DNA of 64,000 nt from a virus: the IMG/VR virus record IMGVR_UViG_3300027702_000001, one strand, 5' to 3'. Made by a program: the position numbers and the translations under genes. The notes beneath the pieces were generated by a model. The model searched no databases, was not told where the DNA came from, and worked only from the letters and a program-made list of their open reading frames with translations. Positions 25,879 through 35,304 of this stretch are shown one piece after another (positions within the stretch are counted from its first letter, which is position 1; each line of letters starts with the position of its first letter).

Positions 25879-26379
25879 ATGAAAAGAGCAGCGATGCTTT
25901 TCGTAATGACTTTGATGACGGCACCTGCATATGCCGATGTTACACATAAACTATCTTCTTCAGTGCAACTCACAGTTGATGCAGCGGCAACCAATGTTCA
26001 ACGTGTTGGGTCAACTTATAGTATTAGTGGAAACAATGTGACCACACAATACACACCTCAAGGTGGAAGTGCTACATCATCTATTGGTAGTCTTACAGTC
26101 TCATCAGGCGTTGGAGCGATTCCAACGTTGTCAGCGACCCAAGCGACTGCAGGGGAAAGTTTCAGCTTTACTCAGTCATTCTATCAAGGGGACGCTTTAG
26201 GTGGTGCTGCACCGACTGTTGGTGAAGTACATAACTTCAGTAACCAGACATCGACTGCTGCTGGATCTGCTGGATCTCTTGCTGGTACTGTGGATTCCAG
26301 TTCAACCACTGCGGTAACTGCTGGTGGAGCGGGTACAAGTGCTGTGGGTCAATTTGTCAGCGAAATCACCATCCGATAA
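25879..26379 (+). CDS. exported S/T/G-rich hypothetical protein
   Basis: Signal peptide MKRAAMLFVMTLMTAPAYA; beta-rich body. Confidence 0.8.
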   Translation: MKRAAMLFVMTLMTAPAYADVTHKLSSSVQLTVDAAATNVQRVGSTYSISGNNVTTQYTPQGGSATSSIGSLTVSSGVGAIPTLSATQATAGESFSFTQSFYQGDALGGAAPTVGEVHNFSNQTSTAAGSAGSLAGTVDSSSTTAVTAGGAGTSAVGQFVSEITIR

Positions 26380-26814
26380 ATGAAAAGAATAGTTGCTACA
26401 TTGGCACTGTTATCTTTCGCTGGAACTCCAGTGATAGCAGTGCCTGTAGTGCCTAATTTCACTCAAGGATCGATGACGTCTCACACTGAGACTACTTCTA
26501 AGGTGACTGAGACAATAAATTCTATGGACTATGCTACTGGTTGGGTTTACTCAGTAAGTGGTACAAATGTAAAACACGATGGTTCATCTATGACACCAGG
26601 TGTCAGTGAACAATCTCAAACTATTGATGGTGTGACTTCAAAATGGACAGGATTAAACGTAAATCAAAAACCAAACTGGACCCAAAATCAAGTGGGCAAT
26701 GCATTCCAGTTCACAGAAACTTATTCTGGACCAGGACTCCAGAATCAAACAATTATTCAGAGGGTAACAGAGGTAACAAGCGTCACAGACACAACCTCAA
26801 TCTTCCAACAATAG
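26380..26814 (+). CDS. exported Thr-rich hypothetical protein
   Basis: Signal peptide MKRIVATLALLSFAGTPVIA; TAAATG coupling. Confidence 0.8.
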   Translation: MKRIVATLALLSFAGTPVIAVPVVPNFTQGSMTSHTETTSKVTETINSMDYATGWVYSVSGTNVKHDGSSMTPGVSEQSQTIDGVTSKWTGLNVNQKPNWTQNQVGNAFQFTETYSGPGLQNQTIIQRVTEVTSVTDTTSIFQQ

Positions 26815-27704
26815 GAGCACTTACCTTTGCACTACTTGCACCACAGATAGCACACGCATCTGATATTGGTGGTGTGTCTGCTACTGCATCTCCAATCGCG
26901 AATAGTTCAGGCTCAGTGACCAATCAGGCAATTCAGGTTTTACAAGGTCCATATATTACTAATACTTATGGGGGTGGTATTCAATGTCAAGGTAGTACAC
27001 TTAACATCACACCATTTGTCACTGGTAGTGCATCTGGACAGAAACCTTGGGAAGATGAATGGTGGGATAATGTATATGATATGCGTGATCAAGAAGGTGC
27101 TACTGATGTAAATGGTGCTGTTACAGGAGATGGAGTGCCCGATAATCCAGGAAATATTTTATATAAAGTTCCTGTAAGAACAGGACAGAAGGATACATAT
27201 AACCTATCTCTTGGTGTAAGTGCTACGTGGTCTATTCCACTTGATAAGAAAGCACAAAACGATTGTAAGAGAGCAGCAGAAACACAGAATGATATGCAGA
27301 GACAACTGATTGCTAACAAGCGATTAGATTTTGAGATCGCGAGATTAAAAAATTGTGGTGAATTGATTCAGAAGGGAATCACCTTCCACCCCAAGTCACC
27401 TTATTATGCAATATGTGCCGACGTTATGGTGAACAACGTGTCATATATCAAACCACACGTACATTCAGTTGAACAAAAATCTACCTCTTCTTCATCTTCC
27501 TCAGTTCGCGAAGTGCCCGTGTCCTCATCCGCTGATGATCTCGGCGGTCCCTTTGAGATTGGAGACGTGGAGTCTTTCCAAGAGCAATCGAAATCTTCGT
27601 TATCGTCTTCTTCACAACAGGTTTCACCACTTTCAAAAGAAGATCAACAATCGGTTTTGCGAGCAGTGCAGAGGTGGCAGCGACAGCAGCAATCGAACCA
27701 GTAG
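26643..27704 (+). CDS. exported hypothetical protein (start uncertain)
   Basis: Signal-like segment about 55 aa into the ORF (LPTIGALTFALLAPQIAHA); Cys pairs and coiled coil. Confidence 0.75.
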   Translation: MDRIKRKSKTKLDPKSSGQCIPVHRNLFWTRTPESNNYSEGNRGNKRHRHNLNLPTIGALTFALLAPQIAHASDIGGVSATASPIANSSGSVTNQAIQVLQGPYITNTYGGGIQCQGSTLNITPFVTGSASGQKPWEDEWWDNVYDMRDQEGATDVNGAVTGDGVPDNPGNILYKVPVRTGQKDTYNLSLGVSATWSIPLDKKAQNDCKRAAETQNDMQRQLIANKRLDFEIARLKNCGELIQKGITFHPKSPYYAICADVMVNNVSYIKPHVHSVEQKSTSSSSSSVREVPVSSSADDLGGPFEIGDVESFQEQSKSSLSSSSQQVSPLSKEDQQSVLRAVQRWQRQQQSNQ

Positions 27705-28287
27705 TAACTATTAGTCCTGCATTAGGAATGTTCTCTGTTATCTGCTGAGTCACAGTCAAAGGTTCAGTAACCTCAATACATTCTTTACCGACAAGTTCGT
27801 ACGCAACTATCTTCTTATTACCCTGTAGGATCTTTCCTATGGGGTTTTTTAATTCTTGTGTCCTAGTAGGACATTCTGTACTAGGGATGTCTGGTACCTT
27901 TGTCTCTGGTACATTCAGTTCTGGTTGATCATTCTCAAACTTAGGTGGCACTACAGGAGGTGCCTCAAACTTTAGATCATCCTTGTTATAGTCCATCGCA
28001 CTATAGGATGGTACACCTGCATCACAATATATCCTTGCTCCACTATCATCGTCAGCAACTAAGTTACTATTCTTACCATCATCAGATGGATGTGCTTCTA
28101 CACACCCAGGCATATCAACAATAGGTACTCCCACCTGTGTAGTTGCAGGTGCATAGATTGGGATTGCTTGAGGTACACTATTGATCCAGTCGTAATTCTG
28201 AATCTCAGGTATCTCCAGTTCCCTCACTCCGATCTCTGGAATCTCTGTCATAATCTGAACTAATGGAAATAGACCAACCGTCTTCAC
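27481..28287 (-). CDS. hypothetical Pro-rich protein with C-terminal membrane segment and basic tail
   Basis: ORF track, 268 aa; converges on and overlaps 26643..27704. Confidence 0.75.
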   Translation of the reverse strand: MKTVGLFPLVQIMTEIPEIGVRELEIPEIQNYDWINSVPQAIPIYAPATTQVGVPIVDMPGCVEAHPSDDGKNSNLVADDDSGARIYCDAGVPSYSAMDYNKDDLKFEAPPVVPPKFENDQPELNVPETKVPDIPSTECPTRTQELKNPIGKILQGNKKIVAYELVGKECIEVTEPLTVTQQITENIPNAGLIVTTGSIAAVAATSALLAKPIVDLLLKVVKPVVKKTITKISIALGKTPRLQSQRDRRDHQRMRTRALRELRKMKKR

Positions 28288-28465
28288 CGAAGACTCCTTC
28301 TTCGATTACTCTAGGTAAGTTACGTTCTTTATCTCTTTTATCTAGTGCTTTGTGATACTCATCGATCTCTGAGTCGAGTTCGAGATTAAATTTTAGCAGT
28401 CTCAACCACATCAAAAGTTTCTCAAGGTAATACTTAATTAACTTTTTGAGGAAGGGACCTATCAT
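28205..28465 (-). CDS. hypothetical protein
   Basis: ORF track; ATGA-coupled. Confidence 0.6.
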   Translation of the reverse strand: MIGPFLKKLIKYYLEKLLMWLRLLKFNLELDSEIDEYHKALDKRDKERNLPRVIEEGVFGEDGWSISISSDYDRDSRDRSEGTGDT

Positions 28466-29016
28466 TCAGTCATCTCCTCTTCGCAGTCATTCAGACTGAG
28501 AGCAATCTCTCCACCAATGTCTGCACCTTTGTTACCACCAAATAGAGCAACACCACCTGCGAGGATTGGACCAACAAACGGTATGCCTGATAAGGCAGGA
28601 GCAGCAGCGGCACCCATACTAGCGCCTACTATTGCACCGCTTTGTTCTCCACCACCTTCCGCCTTGATACATTCTAGTTTCTTGGCAGTTAACTTTCCCA
28701 CTCCGTCAGCGGAATTACCTCCCAGATGAAGAGATCCATCCATAGTGTATTGATTTGACTTTCTGATATTAGTTTTACCACCAATACCAAAGAATCCATT
28801 CTTCTTGTCAACGTATGTATCTTTACTCATCACCTTTGGATCATTACCTTTGTAACTAATCCGATAACCATCTTCTGATACATATGCATCATAAGAACTA
28901 TAGGGTCCTACTGGAGGATTTAATGTTGGAAGTGTTTGTTTGTTTGCAATCAGACCGATCATTCCGATGTGTGCTACACCGAATAATACACCTGCACTAA
29001 CAGCGAACCATTTCAT
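28462..29016 (-). CDS. hypothetical membrane protein with glycine-zipper-like C-terminus
   Basis: N-terminal TM; GAIVGASMGAAAAP...GGVALFGG...GGEIA. Confidence 0.75.
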   Translation of the reverse strand: MKWFAVSAGVLFGVAHIGMIGLIANKQTLPTLNPPVGPYSSYDAYVSEDGYRISYKGNDPKVMSKDTYVDKKNGFFGIGGKTNIRKSNQYTMDGSLHLGGNSADGVGKLTAKKLECIKAEGGGEQSGAIVGASMGAAAAPALSGIPFVGPILAGGVALFGGNKGADIGGEIALSLNDCEEEMTE

Positions 29017-29255
29017 TACATTCCTGGGATAGATGGTTTAATTGGGGGCATCGCAGGACCACTAACATCAGGAATCATATCGTCCATCATATCAGGAACG
29101 ATTCCACCTACTGCTTCGACAACCAAATTGGTTAGTCTTTCTCTTGCCTGTTCTGCAACCTTGTCTCTGTTGGCGTAACCATAAACTAAAGCGCCAGTAA
29201 CTACACCAGCGAACACAAAGTTAACTACAACGAGTCCGTTAATAATTTTTTGCAT
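29016..29255 (-). CDS. hypothetical membrane protein
   Basis: N-terminal TM, Pro-rich C-terminus. Confidence 0.7.
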   Translation of the reverse strand: MQKIINGLVVVNFVFAGVVTGALVYGYANRDKVAEQARERLTNLVVEAVGGIVPDMMDDMIPDVSGPAMPPIKPSIPGM

Positions 29256-29257
29256 AA

Positions 29258-29704
29258 TTACATCTCATACTTTTTAGGATCAGTTTCGGTAGTTATTTTC
29301 AAAGGTGCTTGTTCGACACGAATGACTTGTGCTGGTGCAGTTTGTGATGCTGCAGCAATCAGTCTTTCCATATCTGCCTTTGTTATCCCATTGCCACCAC
29401 CGTTAGCAGCACCATTACCATTGTTCTTTTTGGCGGTTTGGACCCCGAAAGTCGCTAAAACCCCAGTGAAGACGCTGGCTATGAAAGTTGGATCGAGATC
29501 CTGTTCGGGAAAGTTGAGTGCCTTAGGCAGGTCAACGTACGCTAAAGTGAGGATACCACCAGACCAAACAAGAATACCAAGTCTCACGAAAGTAGATAGA
29601 ATCGCGAGTTGTTCTTCCTTATCTTCTGATGCCTCCTTTAGGCGACCAAAAAAACCTTTTGGTTTCTCTGGTTGTTTTTTCTTTTCTTCTTCTGCCATAG
29701 TCAC
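29258..29704 (-). CDS. hypothetical two-TM membrane protein
   Basis: LVRLGILVWSGGILTL-type and FIASVFTGVLATFG segments; CTAAATA at 29761-29767. Confidence 0.75.
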   Translation of the reverse strand: MTMAEEEKKKQPEKPKGFFGRLKEASEDKEEQLAILSTFVRLGILVWSGGILTLAYVDLPKALNFPEQDLDPTFIASVFTGVLATFGVQTAKKNNGNGAANGGGNGITKADMERLIAAASQTAPAQVIRVEQAPLKITTETDPKKYEM

Positions 29705-29726
29705 TATGAAGGACTACTATATATAT

Positions 29727-30149
29727 CTACTCTGCGACCTGACGTTTCTTACCGATATTATATTTAGACTCTAAAATCCAGTCACCCTTGTCCTTGTAAG
29801 AGATAACCTTGATCTGATTCAATGGTGCAAGTTCACCAAGTTCTTCATCAACAACATCTACAAGTCCCCAGTCGGACAGTAGTTTAGTAATTCTGTTACG
29901 ACGTTCTACATCGTTAGAAGTTAGGTTCGCGTGCTTTCCGTCCAACGCAAACAACTCTTTAAAGTGTACGATATAATACTTGCCCTTCTTATGAAGAATA
30001 TGACAACTCTGAAATAATTTCTTTTCCTTTCTCGATGCTACACCGATTCTGGTAAGCGTCTCTCTAACTTTCAGAAAATCATCTGGTTGTTTAAGACTAA
30101 CTTCGACCATAATATCGGGTGACCAAGAAATCTCGATCTCACCTGCCAT
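29727..30149 (-). CDS. regA: translational repressor RegA
   Basis: DDFLKVRETLTRIG, SCHILHKKGKYYIVHFKELF. Confidence 0.96.
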   Translation of the reverse strand: MAGEIEISWSPDIMVEVSLKQPDDFLKVRETLTRIGVASRKEKKLFQSCHILHKKGKYYIVHFKELFALDGKHANLTSNDVERRNRITKLLSDWGLVDVVDEELGELAPLNQIKVISYKDKGDWILESKYNIGKKRQVAE

Positions 30150-30549
30150 TGGTTTTACCTCCAGTATTCATTTTTAATTTAATCAATTCAATCTGATCGT
30201 TGGTCAGAATACGAAGTGCATCCCGTGCTTTTTCATCTGAATACTTAAAGTATTTTTTGATGAGGTCAAGATTATCAACCTTGTCCTTACGCTGCCAAGG
30301 AGAGAAACGACGTTTCTTTCTCAGACTATTTAGATAAAATGAATATTGAAGATCATTATCAAGTTGGTGAAACTCATTGAGAGCATTGGCATATAGCACA
30401 GTCTCTTTGAATCCACTAAAACATTTGTTGACAATGTATGGAGGATACTTCCTCATCCAGTCTTCACCACGTTCACGAAGATCTTCTTTAGTGAAATTGA
30501 TACTGTTTAAGTAATCAGTTAAAGGGTAATCCTTGTGGTGCTTTGACAT
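30139..30549 (-). CDS. gp62: clamp loader small subunit (gp62-like)
   Basis: DYLNSIN, YPPYIVNKCFS, LRKKRRFSPW; position next to regA. Confidence 0.88.
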   Translation of the reverse strand: MSKHHKDYPLTDYLNSINFTKEDLRERGEDWMRKYPPYIVNKCFSGFKETVLYANALNEFHQLDNDLQYSFYLNSLRKKRRFSPWQRKDKVDNLDLIKKYFKYSDEKARDALRILTNDQIELIKLKMNTGGKTNGR

Positions 30550-31354
30550 AGTTGGTGATGAGAAGTTCTTTACGTTTTGATTGTGCAGCGTTGTAACCGC
30601 CTGTAGATCTCATTGTATATGTGAGATCCCATTCTGTCTGTTTGTGATTTGGAAACAGACCACGAGTATTTTCATTTGAATTATAGGTGATCATCCATTT
30701 GCAGGTAGACTCATTACATACACTTGCAAACCTTTGATGATCAAATCCTTTGTGCATAGAACCTTTAGTTCCATACAGGAAATCTTTGATGTCGTATGGA
30801 GGATCTAGGAAACAGAATACATCCTTATCATCAGTCATCAATTCTGAATAGTCATCGTTAGTGATTTCCCAGTGCTCAATGATCTGACCATAGTGTGCAA
30901 GTTTCCTGATTCCTTTCTTACTGAAGTTTGATACTGATGCCTGCTTAGAAAATGAACTGTTCTCTGTCAGTCCAGAGAATGAACACTTATTAAGAATGTA
31001 AAAGTAAACTGCCTGTTGAAACTCAGAGACATTTGCAATGTCTGCTTTACATTTCTGAAAGAGTTCTTTTGCTTTAACCTCATTGTCGTGATGATTCTTG
31101 ATTGTCATCAGAGTATCACTCAATTCGTATCCACGATCTTGAAGTTGTACCCAGAAGTTATACAAGTAAAAGTAAGTATCATTCACCCAGACAGGAGTGT
31201 CAGGATTCTCTTTTGAGAAATAGATTGCCATAGAACCACCACCTAAGAATGGTTCACGAAACTCTTTCACATAATCAGGAAACTGTGGGTACAATTTTGC
31301 AGCAGCACGTGACTTCCCACCAGGATAGCGGAGGGGAGTTTTGTAGGATTTCAT
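30515..31354 (-). CDS. dam: DNA adenine methyltransferase (Dam/D12 class)
   Basis: LRYPGGKS, EPFLGGGS, FLDPPY; start set at MKSYK. Confidence 0.9.
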   Translation of the reverse strand: MKSYKTPLRYPGGKSRAAAKLYPQFPDYVKEFREPFLGGGSMAIYFSKENPDTPVWVNDTYFYLYNFWVQLQDRGYELSDTLMTIKNHHDNEVKAKELFQKCKADIANVSEFQQAVYFYILNKCSFSGLTENSSFSKQASVSNFSKKGIRKLAHYGQIIEHWEITNDDYSELMTDDKDVFCFLDPPYDIKDFLYGTKGSMHKGFDHQRFASVCNESTCKWMITYNSNENTRGLFPNHKQTEWDLTYTMRSTGGYNAAQSKRKELLITNYVKAPQGLPFN

Positions 31355-31355
31355 C

Positions 31356-31529
31356 TCACTGTACTGAAAAGTCATACTCAATAGTAATTACCTTACACGA
31401 TTCACCCATAGAATTCACTCTGGTTGATGTATGCATTATACCACCGATTCTATCTGAAGCATACTTAATGTCAGCAATAATTTCTTTTTCCAAATCCTCG
31501 TAAGGATCGTAGTGCTTGTCAATTCTCAT
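31356..31529 (-). CDS. hypothetical protein
   Basis: ORF track 31356..31556; start moved to MRIDKH to limit the overlap. Confidence 0.6.
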   Translation of the reverse strand: MRIDKHYDPYEDLEKEIIADIKYASDRIGGIMHTSTRVNSMGESCKVITIEYDFSVQ

Positions 31530-32169
31530 TAGGGTTTGGTTGCATAACAGGATCATCTTGAACCAACTTGATGTTGGTCATATTTTGTCCAAAGGGTCCG
31601 AAGTTAATAGGACCAGTTGGAAGTGCATTCCACGCAATATTTGCACGGAACATATCACCCACGTGAGGTGTTGAAAAATGAATTAACCAACTTGGCCAGA
31701 CTACCAGTGTCCCAGGACGCCACTCAGGGGCGCTACAAGCGTTCTTATATGCTGAGGATACTACTTCCATCTGATTGTAAGAACGGACCCAACAGGGGTC
31801 TTGGAACTGCGTTGGGTGACCTTCAGTTAAATTGAAGATACCTGACCAGTATGAAAGAGGGTGTCTGTGTGGTTGATGCATCCCTTCAGAGTGTGGCATC
31901 GATACGTTGCCCCACATCATAGAGATTTCAAACTTACCCCACATCTCAAACTCTTGATCAACCTTAATCTCTTCTAGACATTCTTCGATCCAAGTTGTAA
32001 GTGGTCGAAATGCAGGAAGGTTTTGAAGGTTACCTTTAGTAGACTGTACAGGGTGTGGGAAGTTAAACATACCACGTTCAATAGGATCAAGAGCATCCAA
32101 GATAGGATCTACAAGATCGGGTCTTTCAAAGGTAAAGATCTCGATAGGAAAGATCTCGTGTTTTTTCAT
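31519..32169 (-). CDS. putative 2OG-Fe(II) oxygenase (TIGR02466-like)
   Basis: HQPHRHP..YWSGIF, PGTLVVWPSWLIH, RANIAWN. Confidence 0.8.
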   Translation of the reverse strand: MKKHEIFPIEIFTFERPDLVDPILDALDPIERGMFNFPHPVQSTKGNLQNLPAFRPLTTWIEECLEEIKVDQEFEMWGKFEISMMWGNVSMPHSEGMHQPHRHPLSYWSGIFNLTEGHPTQFQDPCWVRSYNQMEVVSSAYKNACSAPEWRPGTLVVWPSWLIHFSTPHVGDMFRANIAWNALPTGPINFGPFGQNMTNIKLVQDDPVMQPNPNEN

Positions 32170-32249
32170 TTCTTGAATACTCCAAGTCTAGCGAACAGAT
32201 AGACTGTAAGTGTAGTCCAGAAGACAATTTCTAATCCAATGTGATTCAT
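32166..32249 (-). CDS. 27-aa membrane microprotein (MNHIGLEIVFWTTLTVYLFARLGVFKK)
   Basis: Manual translation; ATGA overlaps at both ends, exactly filling the gap. Confidence 0.6.
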   Translation of the reverse strand: MNHIGLEIVFWTTLTVYLFARLGVFKK

Positions 32250-32845
32250 TTTTTCCAAGTAAACATAGAATCATATGTTGCCATATGACTGTTGATGTCA
32301 TTTATATCTCTAAACTCTGCCACACCAACATTAACTGGTTCAGCATTGTAATCGTGTCCAATGATTAGACCACCCTTTTTAATTTTAGGATACCAATCAT
32401 TTAGTTCACGTTTTACTTGTTCGTAATCCAACCAAGCATCAAAGAAAATAAAATCGAATGTCTCATCGTCACAATCATCGTGAAGGGAATCTGTATTACC
32501 TTTCCAAAGTTCTGAACGATGCTGCTCACCAGACCACTTGATGTGATGCTTGGCGATCCATTCGTGCGACTCCATCTGTGCAGGAGAAGTAGAGTTCAAA
32601 GGACCATCACCTTCTGGATTCATCCAGTCAGTGTATGGTTCCCAGTTATCAATACCATACAACTTCTTTACGTTAGGACAGTTCTGCAAAATAGTCAGGT
32701 GACTTTCTGCACGAAAGACCCCAAGTTCTAGACCAATAAGTCCTTTACCGTGGAGTCCAATCAGCAAGATTGCTGATCTAATATCTGTCAGAGCATCTAC
32801 AAAGTTATATGCTTTGGGGTATTTCAATTTCATTTGAACTGACAC
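32246..32845 (-). CDS. class I SAM-dependent methyltransferase (Methyltransf_24-like)
   Basis: LELGVFRAES, GIDNW, DFIFFDA, IKKGGLIIGHDY. Confidence 0.85.
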   Translation of the reverse strand: MSVQMKLKYPKAYNFVDALTDIRSAILLIGLHGKGLIGLELGVFRAESHLTILQNCPNVKKLYGIDNWEPYTDWMNPEGDGPLNSTSPAQMESHEWIAKHHIKWSGEQHRSELWKGNTDSLHDDCDDETFDFIFFDAWLDYEQVKRELNDWYPKIKKGGLIIGHDYNAEPVNVGVAEFRDINDINSHMATYDSMFTWKK

Positions 32846-33771
32846 CTCATCATAAGTTCAGTAAGGAAAGCAACCAAGTTAATCTCTTGGTCAGCAACGA
32901 ACGCTGCCTTGTATTGATACTCACCAATCAGAAGCACTGCCTCAGGAATAGATTGTGGTGACAGATATGTATAGAGACTGTCGTAAACATTCCTGATGAT
33001 CTGTGTAGGTTCATTGTCCAGATTCTGAACAACCCACTTCTTCATCTTAGTAAACTCTTTGTCCTTGAGAAACTTTACTAGGTCGTCAAGTTTAGTATCA
33101 GATACAGCAGCAAGAACACCAGTGTCAATCTTACCAATGGAAGAATAACGTTGGAGTTCATTTAGTGTACGTCTGAAGTCAGGGAAATATTTCTGTACTA
33201 GCGCCGCCAGAACGCGAGGTTCAGCAGAGACTTTCTGCTCTTCAAGGATGGACTGGACACGCTTGAAAAACTCTGCTGCGAGTTGTTGCTTTTGTTTGCC
33301 TGTGATCCCGAAGTCAACAACTGAGCAGCGAGAATGGAGGGGGGCAATGATTTTGTTTTTGTAGTTGCAGGTGAAGATGAATCTGCAGTTGCCACTAAAC
33401 TCCTCAATACTTGCCCGTAGGAGGAGTTGAACATCATTGGTTGTGTTATCTGCTTCGTCAATGATGATGACTTTGTGTTTAGAAGTTGAAGTAAGCGATA
33501 CGGTCGAAGCGAAGTTCTTCGCATTGTTTCTGACTGTATCGAGAAAGCGTCCTTCGTCTGATCCGTTGATGACATAGTAGTCTGCCTCTAGTTGTTCACA
33601 TAATGCTTTTGCTACTGTAGTCTTGCCAATACCAGGAGGTCCAGACAGTAGCAGGTTAGGGATCTCACCTTGCTCTACAAACTTGTTTAGTACACTCTTG
33701 ATATTCTCGGGCAGGATACAATCGTCGATCTTACGAGGACGATATTGTTCACACCAAAGAAAATCACTCAT
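32830..33771 (-). CDS. gp44: clamp loader large subunit (gp44-like)
   Basis: WCEQYRP, GPPGIGKT, IIDEAD, PLHSRC. Confidence 0.96.
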   Translation of the reverse strand: MSDFLWCEQYRPRKIDDCILPENIKSVLNKFVEQGEIPNLLLSGPPGIGKTTVAKALCEQLEADYYVINGSDEGRFLDTVRNNAKNFASTVSLTSTSKHKVIIIDEADNTTNDVQLLLRASIEEFSGNCRFIFTCNYKNKIIAPLHSRCSVVDFGITGKQKQQLAAEFFKRVQSILEEQKVSAEPRVLAALVQKYFPDFRRTLNELQRYSSIGKIDTGVLAAVSDTKLDDLVKFLKDKEFTKMKKWVVQNLDNEPTQIIRNVYDSLYTYLSPQSIPEAVLLIGEYQYKAAFVADQEINLVAFLTELMMRCQFK

Positions 33772-34340
33772 AATGAAATAGTCTCTCCTGAGAGATGTAA
33801 GTTGAAAGAAAATATAATCTTATCTTCAGCAGCACGATGTGGTTGTGACTGGTGGATAAGATAGGATGGGAAGAAAATTATATCACCTTCCCTACATTCT
33901 GGTTCAATCGATTCGATTTGTCCAGTCCACGGATCAATCAACGGTGAGAAGAATGATGTGGGTTTATGTGCTCTACCCAGTTGTGCATAGAATACTGAAG
34001 AGTATCCAACTGCACCGTGATTGTGTGCAGCGTGACAAGTGTTAGCGGGATACTTTTGGCACCACGCATTTGACACAAATGCTCCAGGGTTCATACTAGC
34101 AAACTCTTGGAGAGGTTCGTGCAAGATTGTCATCAACTCATCATAGTATTCTGGGTTGCGTCCTGCAGCATAATACTTGTGGAAATCGCTATACCCACCA
34201 TTGAGATAATCATCTTGCATCAAATCCTGACACTCTGGATCGTTCCAGTTAATCTTGTTCAAGAAATGCATCTTGATAACTTCCCAGTCTTTTACTGAGT
34301 GGATATAAACTGGAACTGAGAAGAGGTCAGTTTGCTTCAT
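33768..34340 (-). CDS. putative 2OG-Fe(II) oxygenase (TIGR02466-like)
   Basis: HAAHNHG..GYSSVFY, EGDIIFFPSYLIH, IIFSFN. Confidence 0.8.
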   Translation of the reverse strand: MKQTDLFSVPVYIHSVKDWEVIKMHFLNKINWNDPECQDLMQDDYLNGGYSDFHKYYAAGRNPEYYDELMTILHEPLQEFASMNPGAFVSNAWCQKYPANTCHAAHNHGAVGYSSVFYAQLGRAHKPTSFFSPLIDPWTGQIESIEPECREGDIIFFPSYLIHQSQPHRAAEDKIIFSFNLHLSGETISL

Positions 34341-35020
34341 TTGCCTTTGGGTTCTAGAGCGATGTAGTATTCAAGATCTGTACTGGTTGATTGGAAGTGA
34401 CCGATCTTGTTCTTAGCAATACGGACTTTGTAATCACCAGGGAGAAGACGAAGGTTCTCTACTTTAAAACAATAGCAGAACTCATCCTCAGGAGAAGAGA
34501 GAACACCAACTGGAACACTGAATGTGTTACTGGTTTCATTCTTCTTATCACAAACCATCAAGTTGATGTTACCACCACCATTGTACAGACATAGGTCAGG
34601 TACTTGGTAAACGGAAGCAGCACGGAGAAGGTCAGCAAGAGTATCAGTGCGAAGATTAAATTCTACATCTACCCCAGGGATGTCCAACTCTTTGGACGGT
34701 GGTTTCGTGATGATGTCTGGGTCACTGTAGTAGTATTGTGTCTTTGCTTGGTGGACTTCATCTTTGATCTCAAGTTTCTGAGGATCACTGAAGTCAAAAA
34801 TTGGGTTCTCAAACAACGAGAGACCAGAGAGGAAAAGACCCAAGTCATAAATCGGGACTTGCTGAGGGAACTTTTCAGTAACTTCGACAGAAGCATAAAT
34901 GTTGCGATTGACAGAGATCGTACGGATCCTACTGCCAGGATCGATAACGATCGACTTATTGATAGTAGCAAAGTTTTTTAGAATCGATTGTGTTTTTTTA
35001 GAAATCTTGACTGTGCTCAT
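34337..35020 (-). CDS. gp45: DNA sliding clamp (gp45-like)
   Basis: ILKNFATINKSI, IYDLGLFLS, FKVENL..LPGDY, YYIALE. Confidence 0.93.
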   Translation of the reverse strand: MSTVKISKKTQSILKNFATINKSIVIDPGSRIRTISVNRNIYASVEVTEKFPQQVPIYDLGLFLSGLSLFENPIFDFSDPQKLEIKDEVHQAKTQYYYSDPDIITKPPSKELDIPGVDVEFNLRTDTLADLLRAASVYQVPDLCLYNGGGNINLMVCDKKNETSNTFSVPVGVLSSPEDEFCYCFKVENLRLLPGDYKVRIAKNKIGHFQSTSTDLEYYIALEPKGK

Positions 35021-35304
35021 TGAGGATAGGATTCAGTAATTTGGTTCTTGTTAGAGAAATGGAATAGAAGGACTGCGTAATGCATCACCTTTAAGAGATC
35101 CATTTTAGAGGATCCCTTCTTATCATAACGAGAGGCATACTTTAGAATGTTACTTCTACAGAATGCCTCAGCATCACCACACGCTTCAATTAGATCTAGA
35201 GTTTGAATCTGATCATTACCTGCTGAATAGTGACCTTGGTATGTTCCGATGATGTAGTCTTTCAATTGTTGAAGAGTTTCCTCTTCTTCATACTTACACG
35301 ACAT
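35017..35304 (-). CDS. DUF3310-like protein
   Basis: HY...QTLDLI...FCRSNILKYASRYDKKG..DLLK..HY. Confidence 0.7.
   Translation of the reverse strand: MSCKYEEEETLQQLKDYIIGTYQGHYSAGNDQIQTLDLIEACGDAEAFCRSNILKYASRYDKKGSSKMDLLKVMHYAVLLFHFSNKNQITESYPQ

Noticed and set aside
29250-29774. 174-aa plus-strand ORF
   Set aside because: Antisense shadow of the two-TM gene 29258..29704; no SD or promoter and no recognisable motifs
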